From NCBI GenBank assembly GCA_965219575.1, contig OZ244779.1, positions 2,305,098 through 2,369,097 of the forward strand: a stretch of DNA of 64,000 bases, read 5' to 3'. Within the stretch, counting starts at the first letter, position 1. Each line of letters opens with the position of its first letter. This document shows, in pieces, positions 1-9,869 of the stretch. Both the position numbers and the translations under genes were made by a program. Source of the DNA: Candidatus Oxydemutatoraceae bacterium (GTDB lineage Bacteria; Pseudomonadota; Gammaproteobacteria; Poriferisulfidales; Oxydemutatoraceae). The notes below the pieces were generated by a model. The model ran no database searches and was not told the origin of the DNA. It was given only the letters and a program-made list of their open reading frames with translations.

Positions 1-892
1 AACGACGTTTCTCCAGCCGTTGCGGGTCGGAAGCATCTTCCACACACAAAATTAAATCGGCATCGCGAACTTCAACCAAAGTTGCATTAAATGCGTCTAT
101 CAATTCATGGGGCAGGTTTCGTATAAAGCCTACGGTGTCGGAGACCAACACCGTGCAATCCTCCAATTCCAAACGCCGAGTGACAAGGTCTAAGGTCGCA
201 AAGAGCATGTCGGCGGAATCCACATCGGCCGAAGTCAGGGCATTGAACAAAGTAGATTTGCCGGTATTGGTATAGCCGACTAAGGCTATAAGCGGTAAAG
301 CATTTTTTCGGCGATTGCGCCGGCGTTGCTCGTGTTGATGTCTGATACTTTTGAGTTCTTTTTTAATCGTTGCAACGCGCCGTTTTAATAGGCGGCGGTC
401 GGTCTCCAGCTGTTTCTCACCGGGACCGCGCAACCCGATACCTCCCTTCTGACGCTCCAAGTGTGTCCAACCACGTACTAAATGTGTGGCAAGGTATTCC
501 AACTGTGCCAACTCAACCTGCAATTTGCCCTCGTACGACTGCGCTCTTTGCGCAAATATGTCAAGTATCAACCCCGTATAAGTGATAACTCGGGTGCAGG
601 TGTGTTGCTCTAGATTTCGTATCTGACCGGGGCTTAAATCTCGATCTATTATGGTCAAACTTATATTATGTGTTTGCGCTTGCTCACGAATTTCGGAAGC
701 CTTGCCCGAACCGATTAGATATTTAGGGTCCGGACGATGCCGACGAACCTTCAATACGAACTCTGCATGAATTCCGGCAGAGGCAACAAGCTCACAAAAC
801 TCTTCCAAGTGCCGATTATCTTTGCGCTCTCTTCCGAAACTAGTACTAAGCAATATCGCCGACTCGGATATAAATTGATGTGCTTCTCTCAT
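1..892 (-). CDS. hflX: GTPase HflX (3' end runs off the window)
   Basis: Manual translation from ATG at 892 (MREAHQFISESAILL...LEEFCELVASAG). Contains G1 VGYTNTGKSTLFNALT, MLFATLD and DTVGFI motifs and the GPGEKQLETDRR segment. Not in the ORF track because it has no stop in the window. Confidence 0.93.
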   Translation of the reverse strand, partial: MREAHQFISESAILLSTSFGRERKDNRHLEEFCELVASAGIHAEFVLKVRRHRPDPKYLIGSGKASEIREQAQTHNISLTIIDRDLSPGQIRNLEQHTCTRVITYTGLILDIFAQRAQSYEGKLQVELAQLEYLATHLVRGWTHLERQKGGIGLRGPGEKQLETDRRLLKRRVATIKKELKSIRHQHEQRRRNRRKNALPLIALVGYTNTGKSTLFNALTSADVDSADMLFATLDLVTRRLELEDCTVLVSDTVGFIRNLPHELIDAFNATLVEVRDADLILCVEDASDPQRLEKRR

Positions 893-933
893 ACTAGATA
901 AATATTAGCCAGAATTTATTCATTATACAAGAT

Positions 934-980
934 GTTCCACTCCTCCGGAGAGGCGGCAAGTTTCGCCTGACGGGGTGATC
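934..980 (-). repeat. Family B repeat (CACCCCGTCAGGC..GCC.CC.CTCC..AGGAG.GGAA), degenerate copy
   Basis: Reverse complement reads atcaccccgtcaggcgaaacttgccgcctctccggaggagtggaac, matching the copies at 35742 and 26676. Confidence 0.7.
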
Positions 981-1038
981 TCCCCTACTTCAGAAAGCCG
1001 AAAGCAGATTTTTTTGTTATACTTCCCTAAAAATCATA

Positions 1039-4000
1039 TTGGAGAGAAAAGAATTGCCTATAAGCGAAGGACAAATTGAAGACGACTTCATAAAGAAGTT
1101 ACAAGAACTTAAATACACCTATCGTGATGACATTCATGATAAAGCTACGCTTGAGCAAAACTTTCGCCAAAAGTTTGAAGCCCTCAATCGCGTTACTCTG
1201 ACGGATACCGAATTCGCCCGTCTGCTCGGCGACATCGTAAGCAACGATGTATTCAAGGCCGCCAAAACCCTGCGCGAATATCACCACTTTGAACGAGAAG
1301 ACGGCACGCCACTCCAATATACCCTAGTGAACACCAAAGACTGGTGTAAAAACGAATTTGAAGTCATCAACCAAGTACGCATCAATACCAAGTATAGCCA
1401 TCACCGTTATGATGTCGTTATACTCATAAACGGCATTCCCGTCGTTCAATTTGAATTAAAAAGACACGATATCGTCCCTCTCAAAGCCATGGAACAGATT
1501 GTCAAATACAAAAACGACCCCGATAACGGCTACACCAACAGCCTGCTATGTTTTATGCAGCTGTTTATCGTCAGCAACGGATATAAAACCTACTACTTCC
1601 CTAATAATAACAATAAGTATTTTGAATTTAATGCCGACGAACGCTTTCTGCCCATATACCAAATGGCAGACCGAGACAACAAAAAAATCAGCGGATTGGA
1701 TGACTTTGCCGATAGCTTTTTAAGCAAATGCAAACTCGGTCAAATGATCAGTCGCTATATAGTGCTGGTGGAAATGGAAGAAAAACTGATCATTATGCGT
1801 CCTTATCAGATCTATGCGGTGGAAGCCATCGTCGACTGCATTAACGAAAACCGAGGCAACGGCTATATTTGGCATACAACCGGCAGTGGCAAAACCCTGA
1901 CCTCGTTCAAGGCATCGACTCTATTAAAAGACAATCCCGATATTGAAAAATGCTTTTTTGTCGTAGACCGCAAAGATCTTGACTATCAGACCAGAGCGGA
2001 ATTCAACACATTCCAAAAAAAGTGTGTCGAGGAAAACACCAACACCGAAACTTTGGTGCGCCGCATGCTATCGGAGGATATCGCCGACAAAATTATCGTC
2101 ACCACCATTCAAAAACTGGCACTGGCACTGGACGATAGCAGTCAAAAGGCTCGCCGGCATAAACAAAAAGGCAGACAAACCTACAAAGAACGTTTGAAAC
2201 CACTGAGCGACAAGCGCGTCGTATTTATCTTTGACGAATGTCACCGCTCGCAGTTTGGCGAAAACCACAGAGCCATTAAATCCTTCTTTCCTCAAGCTCA
2301 ACTATTCGGCTTTACCGGCACACCGATTTTTGAGGAAAATGCCGCGAAAACAAGAATCGAAGAGACGGTATCTAGCTATGTTACAACCGAGAGTGTTTTC
2401 CAGAAAGAGCTACATGCCTACACCATCACCAATGCCATTGACGACAAAAATGTACTCAAGTTTCATGTTGACTACTTCGGTCAAAACAACGACAAAGACA
2501 CCGACGATACAAGCAAAACGCTGGCGCCGGTTAAACCTACACCCGAGGCGGTCGTCGAAGAAATACTGCGAAAGCACGATAATGCCACCAACCATCGCCG
2601 CTTTAATGCACTGCTGGCTACCGGGTCAATCAACCATGCTATTGACTATTACGAACAATTCAAACGGATACAAAAACAAAAGCAAGCCGAAGACGATGAC
2701 TTTATGCCGCTCAATATCGCCTGTGTATTCACACCACCGATACAAGCCTTAGACAAAGACAATAACAACCTGCACGACATCAAACAGCTACAAGACGAAC
2801 TGGAACAGGAAAAAGAGGACAACAAAGTGGAACCGGAAAAGAAAAAGGCTGCACTCAAAACCATCATTGCCGACTACAACAAGCAATACGGCACCAACTG
2901 TAGCATTAACGAATATGACCGCTACTACCAAAATATACAGCAGCGTATTAAAGATCAGCAATACAAAAATTCCGATCACCCGCATAAAAACAAAATTGAC
3001 ATTACGATCGTAGTGGACATGCTACTCACCGGTTTTGACTCCAAATACCTTAACACCTTGTATGTGGACAAAAACCTCAAATACCACGGATTGATTCAGG
3101 CGTTTTCGCGCACCAACCGAATACTCAACGGCACCAAACCGCACGGCAACATTCTTGATTTTCGCGGACAAAGTAAGGAAGTAGATGACGCGATTATCCT
3201 GTTTTCAGGAAAAGAAGCGTATGCCAATAAAAAAATCTGGCTGGTTGCCCCCGCCTCCGAAGTAATTGAAGAATACGAAACCGCAGTGCAACAACTGCAA
3301 ACTTTTATGGAAAAAGAAAAACTGCAATTCCATCCCTCGGAAATAGCCAACCTCAACGGCGATATTGCCAAAACTAGCTTCATAACCCAATTCAGAGAAG
3401 TGCAGAAACTAAAAACACAGCTGGATCAATACACCGATGTAGATGACGACAACAAACAAAAAATAGAACAACTCTTATCGGATGACCACCTGCAAGGCTA
3501 TAGAAGTGCCTATCTAGAAATTGCACGAGAATTAAAAGAAGGGCGAGAGACCGGCAGCAATGACGAAAAAGCCGAACAACCGGATTTCCAACTGGTGCTG
3601 TTTTCTTCGGTTCTGATCGACTACGACTACATCATCAAGCTAATCTCCGAAATCACGCAATCCGGCACTCCACAAAAAATGAACCGTGGAAAGCTCATTG
3701 AACTTATTCGGAGCGTTGCCAACCTAGAAGAAGACAGAGAGGATATTATCGACTATATCAACAGCCTAGAAACCGGCGTGGTGATGGATGAACAAGCCGT
3801 TCGCGACGGCTATCAAAAATTTAAGGAACAAAAATCACAACGGATACTAACAAACATGGCACAAAAACACGGCTTGCAAACCGATACCCTGCAAAACTTT
3901 GTCGACAACATCCTGAATCGCAGGATTTTTGACGGCGAACACCTGAGCGACTTAATCGCACCGCTGGAACCGGACTGGAAAGCCAGAGTGGAAAAAGAAA

Positions 4001-4083
4001 CCAACCTGATGAAGGACTTAGGACCCTACTTAAGGAAACTGGCTCGCGGGCGAGATATTTCGGGGCTATCGGCGTATGAGTGA
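1039..4083 (+). CDS. hsdR: Type I restriction endonuclease subunit R
   Basis: Nuclease motif D..I.ING.P.V.FELK, Walker A HTTGSGKT, DECHRSQFG, FTGTP, DMLLTGFD and QAFSRTNR helicase motifs. TTG start is uncertain. Confidence 0.96.
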   Translation: MERKELPISEGQIEDDFIKKLQELKYTYRDDIHDKATLEQNFRQKFEALNRVTLTDTEFARLLGDIVSNDVFKAAKTLREYHHFEREDGTPLQYTLVNTKDWCKNEFEVINQVRINTKYSHHRYDVVILINGIPVVQFELKRHDIVPLKAMEQIVKYKNDPDNGYTNSLLCFMQLFIVSNGYKTYYFPNNNNKYFEFNADERFLPIYQMADRDNKKISGLDDFADSFLSKCKLGQMISRYIVLVEMEEKLIIMRPYQIYAVEAIVDCINENRGNGYIWHTTGSGKTLTSFKASTLLKDNPDIEKCFFVVDRKDLDYQTRAEFNTFQKKCVEENTNTETLVRRMLSEDIADKIIVTTIQKLALALDDSSQKARRHKQKGRQTYKERLKPLSDKRVVFIFDECHRSQFGENHRAIKSFFPQAQLFGFTGTPIFEENAAKTRIEETVSSYVTTESVFQKELHAYTITNAIDDKNVLKFHVDYFGQNNDKDTDDTSKTLAPVKPTPEAVVEEILRKHDNATNHRRFNALLATGSINHAIDYYEQFKRIQKQKQAEDDDFMPLNIACVFTPPIQALDKDNNNLHDIKQLQDELEQEKEDNKVEPEKKKAALKTIIADYNKQYGTNCSINEYDRYYQNIQQRIKDQQYKNSDHPHKNKIDITIVVDMLLTGFDSKYLNTLYVDKNLKYHGLIQAFSRTNRILNGTKPHGNILDFRGQSKEVDDAIILFSGKEAYANKKIWLVAPASEVIEEYETAVQQLQTFMEKEKLQFHPSEIANLNGDIAKTSFITQFREVQKLKTQLDQYTDVDDDNKQKIEQLLSDDHLQGYRSAYLEIARELKEGRETGSNDEKAEQPDFQLVLFSSVLIDYDYIIKLISEITQSGTPQKMNRGKLIELIRSVANLEEDREDIIDYINSLETGVVMDEQAVRDGYQKFKEQKSQRILTNMAQKHGLQTDTLQNFVDNILNRRIFDGEHLSDLIAPLEPDWKARVEKETNLMKDLGPYLRKLARGRDISGLSAYE

Positions 4084-4084
4084 G
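4051..4084 (+). repeat. 34-bp direct repeat, copy 1 (hsdR end / hsdS start junction)
   Basis: cgagatatttcggggctatcggcgtatgagtgag, with 2 mismatches to 5413-5446. Confidence 0.9.
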
Positions 4085-4116
4085 CATTGTAAGCCTTAGC
4101 AGGCAAGGAAAATTAG

Positions 4117-4566
4117 ATGATACTTTTGACTCAACACGAAGCAGATAGCCTGCTAAAAATGGAAAAACACTATTTTAATTCAGAAAAACGATTTGATTTT
4201 CCGGACTTGGGAGGTGCATTGCATATCCCATTATATTCACAAGACAGAAGAGAAGAATTTACTCTTGATATTAGACGCGGCCGGATTTCACTTGAGAAAA
4301 ACACCTTCCAAACTAGAGCACGAAAAGCTATCGTTCTGGCACGCTTGGATTTGGGGGCACATCCTCATCAAAACCCTGAACCTGATGGTAGATGGTTTGA
4401 ATGTCCTCACCTCCATTTGTATAGGGAAGGCTTCGGTGATAAGTATGCGTATCCATTATCGAAAGAATTCGCAGGAATTAGCGATCCTTTCGGATTGCTA
4501 GATGTTTTTATGGATTATTGCGTTATCATTAGAAAACCTACTATTAATAGAGGACTATTCACATGA
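4117..4566 (+). CDS. DUF6978-like hypothetical protein
   Basis: Motifs LARLDLG..HQNP.G....PHLHLYREG.GDK.A recalled as typical of the small protein preceding DUF1828 genes. ATGA overlap with the next gene. Confidence 0.7.
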   Translation: MILLTQHEADSLLKMEKHYFNSEKRFDFPDLGGALHIPLYSQDRREEFTLDIRRGRISLEKNTFQTRARKAIVLARLDLGAHPHQNPEPDGRWFECPHLHLYREGFGDKYAYPLSKEFAGISDPFGLLDVFMDYCVIIRKPTINRGLFT

Positions 4567-5330
4567 TGATAGACGACATTCAATCACTGCTAGACGATTA
4601 TATTCGTTGGCTCAAAGATAAAACGGTTCTGAATCAAATAGACAAGCACTGGGTTCAGGTAACCACACCACATCTGGATCGTCACAATGACTGTTTGCAG
4701 TTTTATGTCCGTCAAAAAAATGGCGGCTACCTACTTACAGATGACGGTTATATCATTAACGACTTAATCAGTTCCGGTTGTCCCCTGAACGGTGAAAAAA
4801 AGCAGGAATTGCTAAAAACTACTTTGAACGGATTCGGCGTGCAACGAGAAGGCGAACAGTTGTCACTGAAAGCTACGCCGGAAAATTTCTCCCGGCAAAA
4901 ACATAATTTTGTTCAAGCCATGCTGGCGGTCAATGATTTGTTCTACTTGGCTTCGCCTTATGTAAGAAGTCTATTTTACGAAGATGTTACACAATGGCTT
5001 GACTCGGCAGATATTCGTTTTACTTCGAAGGTTAAATTTACCGGAAAAAGCGGATACGACCATCAATTTGATTTTATTATTCCCAAATCTCGCCAATACC
5101 CCGAGCGGATTATTCAGACAATTAATAACCCTAAAAAAGACAACACAAAAGCACTGCTTTTCAAATGGCATGATACACGCGAGAACAGAACCCCGGATAC
5201 ACAACTCTATGCCTTCTTAAACGACTCAGAGGGATCTGTTGCTGAATCTGCATCCGCTTTGCAAATCTATGACATAAAACCTGTCCCATGGTCTGATCGT
5301 GAAAATGTAAAAAAAGAATTGGTTGCATGA
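4563..5330 (+). CDS. DUF1828/DUF1829 domain protein (C-terminal restriction-nuclease-like region)
   Basis: N-terminal TPHLDRHND...LTDDGY and C-terminal GKSGYDHQFDFII...ERIIQTINNP...W.D motifs. Confidence 0.8.
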   Translation: MMIDDIQSLLDDYIRWLKDKTVLNQIDKHWVQVTTPHLDRHNDCLQFYVRQKNGGYLLTDDGYIINDLISSGCPLNGEKKQELLKTTLNGFGVQREGEQLSLKATPENFSRQKHNFVQAMLAVNDLFYLASPYVRSLFYEDVTQWLDSADIRFTSKVKFTGKSGYDHQFDFIIPKSRQYPERIIQTINNPKKDNTKALLFKWHDTRENRTPDTQLYAFLNDSEGSVAESASALQIYDIKPVPWSDRENVKKELVA

Positions 5331-5412
5331 TTGCGGCAGCGAGCAACCGAGCAACTTAATGACACCAATAAAATTGGATAGGGAAAACAGAATAGAAAAG
5401 TAAACTGGCGGA

Positions 5413-5446
5413 CGAGATATTTCGGGACTATCGGCTTATGAGTGAG
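5413..5446 (+). repeat. 34-bp direct repeat, copy 2 (contains the functional hsdS start)
   Basis: cgagatatttcgggactatcggcttatgagtgag. Confidence 0.9.
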
Positions 5447-6631
5447 AAAAAGCAGAAAGGGCTAGTGCCAAGACTACACTTCCCTGAGTTTCGGGATAGA
5501 GGAGAGTGGGAACTTAAAAGGTTAGGTGTCTGCCTCAAGTACCTACAGCCTACGGAGTATTTGGTGCAAAGTACTACGTATGACGACAAATTTCAAATTC
5601 CTGTCCTGACGGCTGGCAAAACCTTCATTTTAGGGTACACAAACGAAACTAAAGGAGTATTTGATAAAGAACGTCTTCCAGTAATCATCTTTGATGATTT
5701 CACAACAGCTTCTAAATTCGTTGATTTTCCGTTTAAGGCAAAGTCTTCGGCTATGAAGATTTTGCTTGCTCAAGATAACAATATTAATATCAAATTTATT
5801 TATGAGGCAATGCAACGCATTAGGTATGAAGTTGGTGTTCACAAGAGACACTGGATTTCTATATTTTCTAATTTTTACACTCCGATACCAAAATTAAAAG
5901 AGCAGCAAAAAATTGCCGACTGCTTGTCATCCATTGACGAGAGCATCTCCACACAAACCGAAAAGCTCAATGCCCTGAAGAACCATAAAAAAGCCCTGAT
6001 GCAACAACTATTCCCTGCCGAAGGCGAAACCACCCCCAAACTACGCTTCCCCGAGTTTCGGGATGGGGAAGAGTGGGATTGGGGAGAAGTAGGTAATATC
6101 TATGATGTTACTAGAGGTTATGTACTTTCTATGAGCATAATCAACGAAAAATATTCTGAAGAGACTCCTTATCCTGTATATTCTTCACAAACAAAAAATA
6201 ATGGATTAGCAGGTTATTACAATGAATATCTATATGAAGACGCAATTACTTGGACGACAGATGGAGCTAACGCAGGCGATGTGAATTATAGAAATGGTAA
6301 ATTTTACTGTACAAACGTATGTGGAGTTTTACTGAATAACAAAGGGTTCGCAAATCTATGCATGGCAGAACTGTTAAATACAGTGACAAGAAAACATGTT
6401 TCCTATGTTGGCAACCCGAAGCTCATGAACGGGGTCATGAGTAAAATTTCAATTCCATTTCCTAAATTAGAAGAACAGCAAAAAATCGCCGACTGTTTAT
6501 CATTCATTGACGAATTGATAGCCACACAAACCGAAAAAATAGACATGCTCCGAACTCACAAGAAGGGCTTGATGCAACAACTATTCCCCTTATCTGGAGA
6601 GGTTTCAGACTTTGACCTACGGAATAGTTAA
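5438..6631 (+). CDS. hsdS: Type I R-M specificity subunit S
   Basis: Two target-recognition domains, each bracketed by P.L.FPEFRD..EW and EQQKIADCLS.IDE.I.TQTEK...L..HKK.LMQQLFP repeats. Confidence 0.95.
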   Translation: MSEKKQKGLVPRLHFPEFRDRGEWELKRLGVCLKYLQPTEYLVQSTTYDDKFQIPVLTAGKTFILGYTNETKGVFDKERLPVIIFDDFTTASKFVDFPFKAKSSAMKILLAQDNNINIKFIYEAMQRIRYEVGVHKRHWISIFSNFYTPIPKLKEQQKIADCLSSIDESISTQTEKLNALKNHKKALMQQLFPAEGETTPKLRFPEFRDGEEWDWGEVGNIYDVTRGYVLSMSIINEKYSEETPYPVYSSQTKNNGLAGYYNEYLYEDAITWTTDGANAGDVNYRNGKFYCTNVCGVLLNNKGFANLCMAELLNTVTRKHVSYVGNPKLMNGVMSKISIPFPKLEEQQKIADCLSFIDELIATQTEKIDMLRTHKKGLMQQLFPLSGEVSDFDLRNS

Positions 6632-6661
6632 GTTTATGCTTTACAGAAAAGGGATTTAATT

Positions 6662-6952
6662 ATGGATAAACAGCTACAAGCCTTGCAACAAAATCTGGAA
6701 ACTGTAGTGCAACGCACTGATACTGAAGGCATTGAATTCTGGTTTGCACGCGATCTACAGAAACCTCTAGGCTATATCCGATGGGAGAACTTCCAAACCG
6801 TCATCAAGCGCGCCATAGCGTCCTGCCAAACCAGTGGTTATGAGGTTTCCGACCATTTTCGTGGCATCACGAAAATGGTCAAACTAGGCAGTGATGACAA
6901 ATGTAAAAAAGCTGGCGAAACAAACCAAACCACTACCGCTCGGACAAGGTGA
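6662..6952 (+). pseudogene. dinD: Truncated DinD-like (Bro-N-like) protein, N-terminal fragment only
   Basis: EFWFARDLQ..LGY.RWENF..VI.RA..SC..SG..V.DHF....KMV.LGS matches the DinD N-terminus; the sequence then diverges and stops at 96 aa. Confidence 0.7.
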
Positions 6953-6976
6953 TGAAACTAATCAAGAGAAACCGAC

Positions 6977-8587
6977 ATGACCCAAGAGCAACTTAATCAA
7001 CTCGGCAAAACTTTGTGGGATATTGCCGACCAGTTACGCGGTGCCATGGATGCCGACGACTTTCGCGATTATATGCTGTCGTTTCTGTTTTTGCGTTATT
7101 TATCCGACAACTACGAAGCTGCCGCAAAAAAGGAGCTTGGGAAGGATTATCCTAAACCGGCGGAGGGAGACAAACGATCGCCGTTGGCAATCTTATATGC
7201 CGAAACGCCCGACGATGCCGCTAAACTTCAAGAACAGATGCGCCGCAAGATGCATTATGTAATTGAACCCGAATATCTGTGGAGCAGGATTACCGAAATG
7301 GCACGCCTGCAGGATAATGAATTATTAATAACCCTTGAAAATGGTTTCAAGTATATTGAGAACCATAGTTTTGCAAGCAACCTTCAGGGCTTGTTTTCGG
7401 AGATTAATCTACATTCGGAAAAGCTCGGTAAGACTGCAACCGAACGCAATAAAAAACTCTGTACAATCATCCAGAAAATTGCCGAAGGTATGGCAGAGTT
7501 TTCGGCGACTACCGATATTCTCGGCGATGCCTATGAATATCTGATCGGTCAATTTGCCGCCGGGTCGGGTAGAAAAGCCGGTGAGTTTTATACACCACAA
7601 GAAATTTCAACTATCCTATCTCGTATCGTTGCACTTGACCCGCAGAAACCGGAAAACGGAGTCAAAGAAAGGCTGGGAAATGTGCTGGACTTTGCATGTG
7701 GTTCGGGTTCCTTGCTACTCAATGTGCGTCAGCGGTTGGGTGCACACGGTGTCGGTAGGATATACGGTCAAGAAAAAAACATTACCACCTATAACCTTGC
7801 CCGTATGAACATGTTGCTACACGGAGTAAAAGATACCGAGTTTGAGATTCATCACGGTGACTCACTACTCAATGATTGGGATATATTGCGCGAAATGAAT
7901 CCAGCTAAAAAACGGAAGTTTAGTGCTGTTGTTGCCAATCCACCGTTCAGCTACCGCTGGGAACCCGATGACGCACTGCGTAAAGACTTTCGCTTCAAAA
8001 ACCACGGGGTCGCGCCTAAATCGGCAGCGGATTTTGCTTTTTTACTGCACGGCTTGCACTTTCTACACGATGAAGGTGTGATGGTGATTATTCTGCCCCA
8101 CGGCGTACTGTTTCGCGGCAATGTGGAAGCACGTATTCGTACCAAACTCTTAAAAGACAATCACATTGATACGGTAATCGGCTTGCCGGCAAACCTGTTT
8201 TTCTCTACCGGCATCCCGGTTTGTATCCTAGTGCTGAAAAAATGTAAAAAAGACGACGATGTATTATTCATCAATGCGAGTGAACATTATGAAAAGGTCA
8301 AACGACAGAACAAATTATTGGATGAGCATATCAATAAAATTGTAGACACCTACCAATTTCGCAAAGAAGAACCGGGCTATTCGCGCCGAGTCTCTGCGGA
8401 GGAAATCGAGCAGAGCGATTTTAATTTGAACATCTCACGCTATGTGAGCGTTGCCGAACCGGAGCCGGAAATAGATTTAGAGGAAACCCATAAGGATTTG
8501 GTTGAATTGGAAAAAAGAACCGTGAAAGCGACCAAAACCCATAACCAATTTTTGAAGGAATTAGGATTGCCTTTGTTGCCCGATTGA
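6977..8587 (+). CDS. hsdM: Type I R-M methyltransferase subunit M (m6A)
   Basis: LWDIADQLRGAMDA, GEFYTP, DFACGSGSLL (motif I), VANPPF (motif IV), PHGVLFRG. Confidence 0.96.
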   Translation: MTQEQLNQLGKTLWDIADQLRGAMDADDFRDYMLSFLFLRYLSDNYEAAAKKELGKDYPKPAEGDKRSPLAILYAETPDDAAKLQEQMRRKMHYVIEPEYLWSRITEMARLQDNELLITLENGFKYIENHSFASNLQGLFSEINLHSEKLGKTATERNKKLCTIIQKIAEGMAEFSATTDILGDAYEYLIGQFAAGSGRKAGEFYTPQEISTILSRIVALDPQKPENGVKERLGNVLDFACGSGSLLLNVRQRLGAHGVGRIYGQEKNITTYNLARMNMLLHGVKDTEFEIHHGDSLLNDWDILREMNPAKKRKFSAVVANPPFSYRWEPDDALRKDFRFKNHGVAPKSAADFAFLLHGLHFLHDEGVMVIILPHGVLFRGNVEARIRTKLLKDNHIDTVIGLPANLFFSTGIPVCILVLKKCKKDDDVLFINASEHYEKVKRQNKLLDEHINKIVDTYQFRKEEPGYSRRVSAEEIEQSDFNLNISRYVSVAEPEPEIDLEETHKDLVELEKRTVKATKTHNQFLKELGLPLLPD

Positions 8588-8609
8588 CGGGGGATTGCTG
8601 TAATCGGGT

Positions 8610-9075
8610 GGCGCAAGCGGTTGAATTCATGCAGACACTTCTACAACCACCCCGTCAGGCTGAATAGAGCCGCCGATTGAACCAGCAGGTCAATCGGCGT
8701 GACTTTGTTCAGAACCTCAACATGACTGCTAAACGCATGCATTGCAAAATGCATAGGCCACCCCTCCACAGGAGGGGAATTAACTTGTGCAGACCCGCTG
8801 GGACTGTTGAAAAAGTGCGGCATCGTACGAATCCAATCACTTGCGCCATTTGGTTTTGGTTTCCATAAATTGGATGGATGAATGTATAAATGGTGTAGGA
8901 ACAACGCGTTACGGGCGGACATGTTAGTCCGCCCCTACGGGTGGTTTGCAAATATTCACAGCGCAAGCGGTTACGATTGCGCCGTGACGATACTTTTTCA
9001 ACAGCCCGACTTCTACAACCACCCTGTCAGGCTAAATAGAACCGCCGATTGAACCGGTAGGTCAAGTGGCGGTCC
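8610..9075. repeat. Composite repeat cluster: family B split by a family C palindrome, plus a TIR-bounded element (8801-9007) containing a REP (8913-8938)
   Basis: caaccaccccgtcaggct|gaatagagccgccgattgaaccagcaggtcaatcggcg...|ccacccctccacaggaggggaat; ggactgttgaaaaagt...actttttcaacagccc; gggcggacatgttagtccgcccctac. Confidence 0.85.
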
Positions 9076-9200
9076 TGTTTTTGATACCGTTCGTCGGAAA
9101 TGCAAAACAGCACCACATCGCCTATTTTATGATCCGACCATGATTAGACGGCTTGCTATGCTGCAAGCTCTTTCTTATAATTCAACTGAAGAGGTTAAAA

Positions 9201-9818
9201 ATGGAAAATATAGAAAATGTAGATAACTTAACCATTGAAACTATTTACAAAATGGTGCTTGAAATGAAGTCAAAGCTGGACTTTCTAGAATCGGAAACGC
9301 ATGCCCCACAATCGGACAAGGCAGGTTTGTACATGGAAAGTATAGACCTAAGATTAAGCAATGTTAATTCCGACATCGTAAACATGAAAGCTGATACAGA
9401 AAGCATAAAGCTAAGATTAAGCAATGTTGAAACCGATATAGGAAGCATGAAACTGAGACTAAGCAATGTTGAAGCCGACATCGTGGACATGAAAACCGAG
9501 ATGGCAGATATGAAAACCGATATAACAGTCATGAAAGCTGATATAGAAGATATAAAATTAAGGTTAAGCAAGGTTGAAGCCGATATCGTAGACATGAAAA
9601 CTGAGATGGCGGTTATGAAAACCGACATCGCGAATATAAAAGCTGATATTGTAGACATGAAAGCCGACATCGCAGAAATGAGAAGGGATATTGCGAAAAA
9701 TGCAGCGGAACAATCTAAATTGAGAGATGATATCTATAAATGGGGTCTAGTGTTGGCTGCTAGCATCGTTGTTTCGGTAAGTTCTATTGTCAGTATGGTC
9801 GTAATTTTTGTGAACTAA
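9201..9818 (+). CDS. Heptad-repeat coiled-coil protein with C-terminal membrane anchor
   Basis: Repeats of (M/I)K(A/T)DI.D and IKLRLS(N/K)VE, then KWGLVLAASIVVSVSSIVSMVVIFVN. ATG 9201 has a GAGG RBS, so it is preferred over the track start at 9153. Confidence 0.8.
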   Translation: MENIENVDNLTIETIYKMVLEMKSKLDFLESETHAPQSDKAGLYMESIDLRLSNVNSDIVNMKADTESIKLRLSNVETDIGSMKLRLSNVEADIVDMKTEMADMKTDITVMKADIEDIKLRLSKVEADIVDMKTEMAVMKTDIANIKADIVDMKADIAEMRRDIAKNAAEQSKLRDDIYKWGLVLAASIVVSVSSIVSMVVIFVN

Positions 9819-9869
9819 TGCCTGGAGCCTGAGAATGGGGGCTGTTGGGAGAATAGTCTCTACCTCTAC

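Noticed and set aside
370-585. 71-aa + strand ORF and the many other short antisense ORFs within long genes
   Set aside because: They overlap well-supported genes on the opposite strand or in another frame (here hflX) and carry no recognisable motifs.
5438-6631. Phase-variable (invertible) hsdS shufflon
   Set aside because: Only one hsdS, its internal repeats are the normal direct conserved regions, and there are no silent TRDs, inverted repeats or nearby recombinase.
9245-9670. 141-aa antisense ORF opposite the coiled-coil gene
   Set aside because: A shadow of the repetitive 21-bp coding pattern; the + strand has the RBS and coherent coiled-coil/TM architecture.
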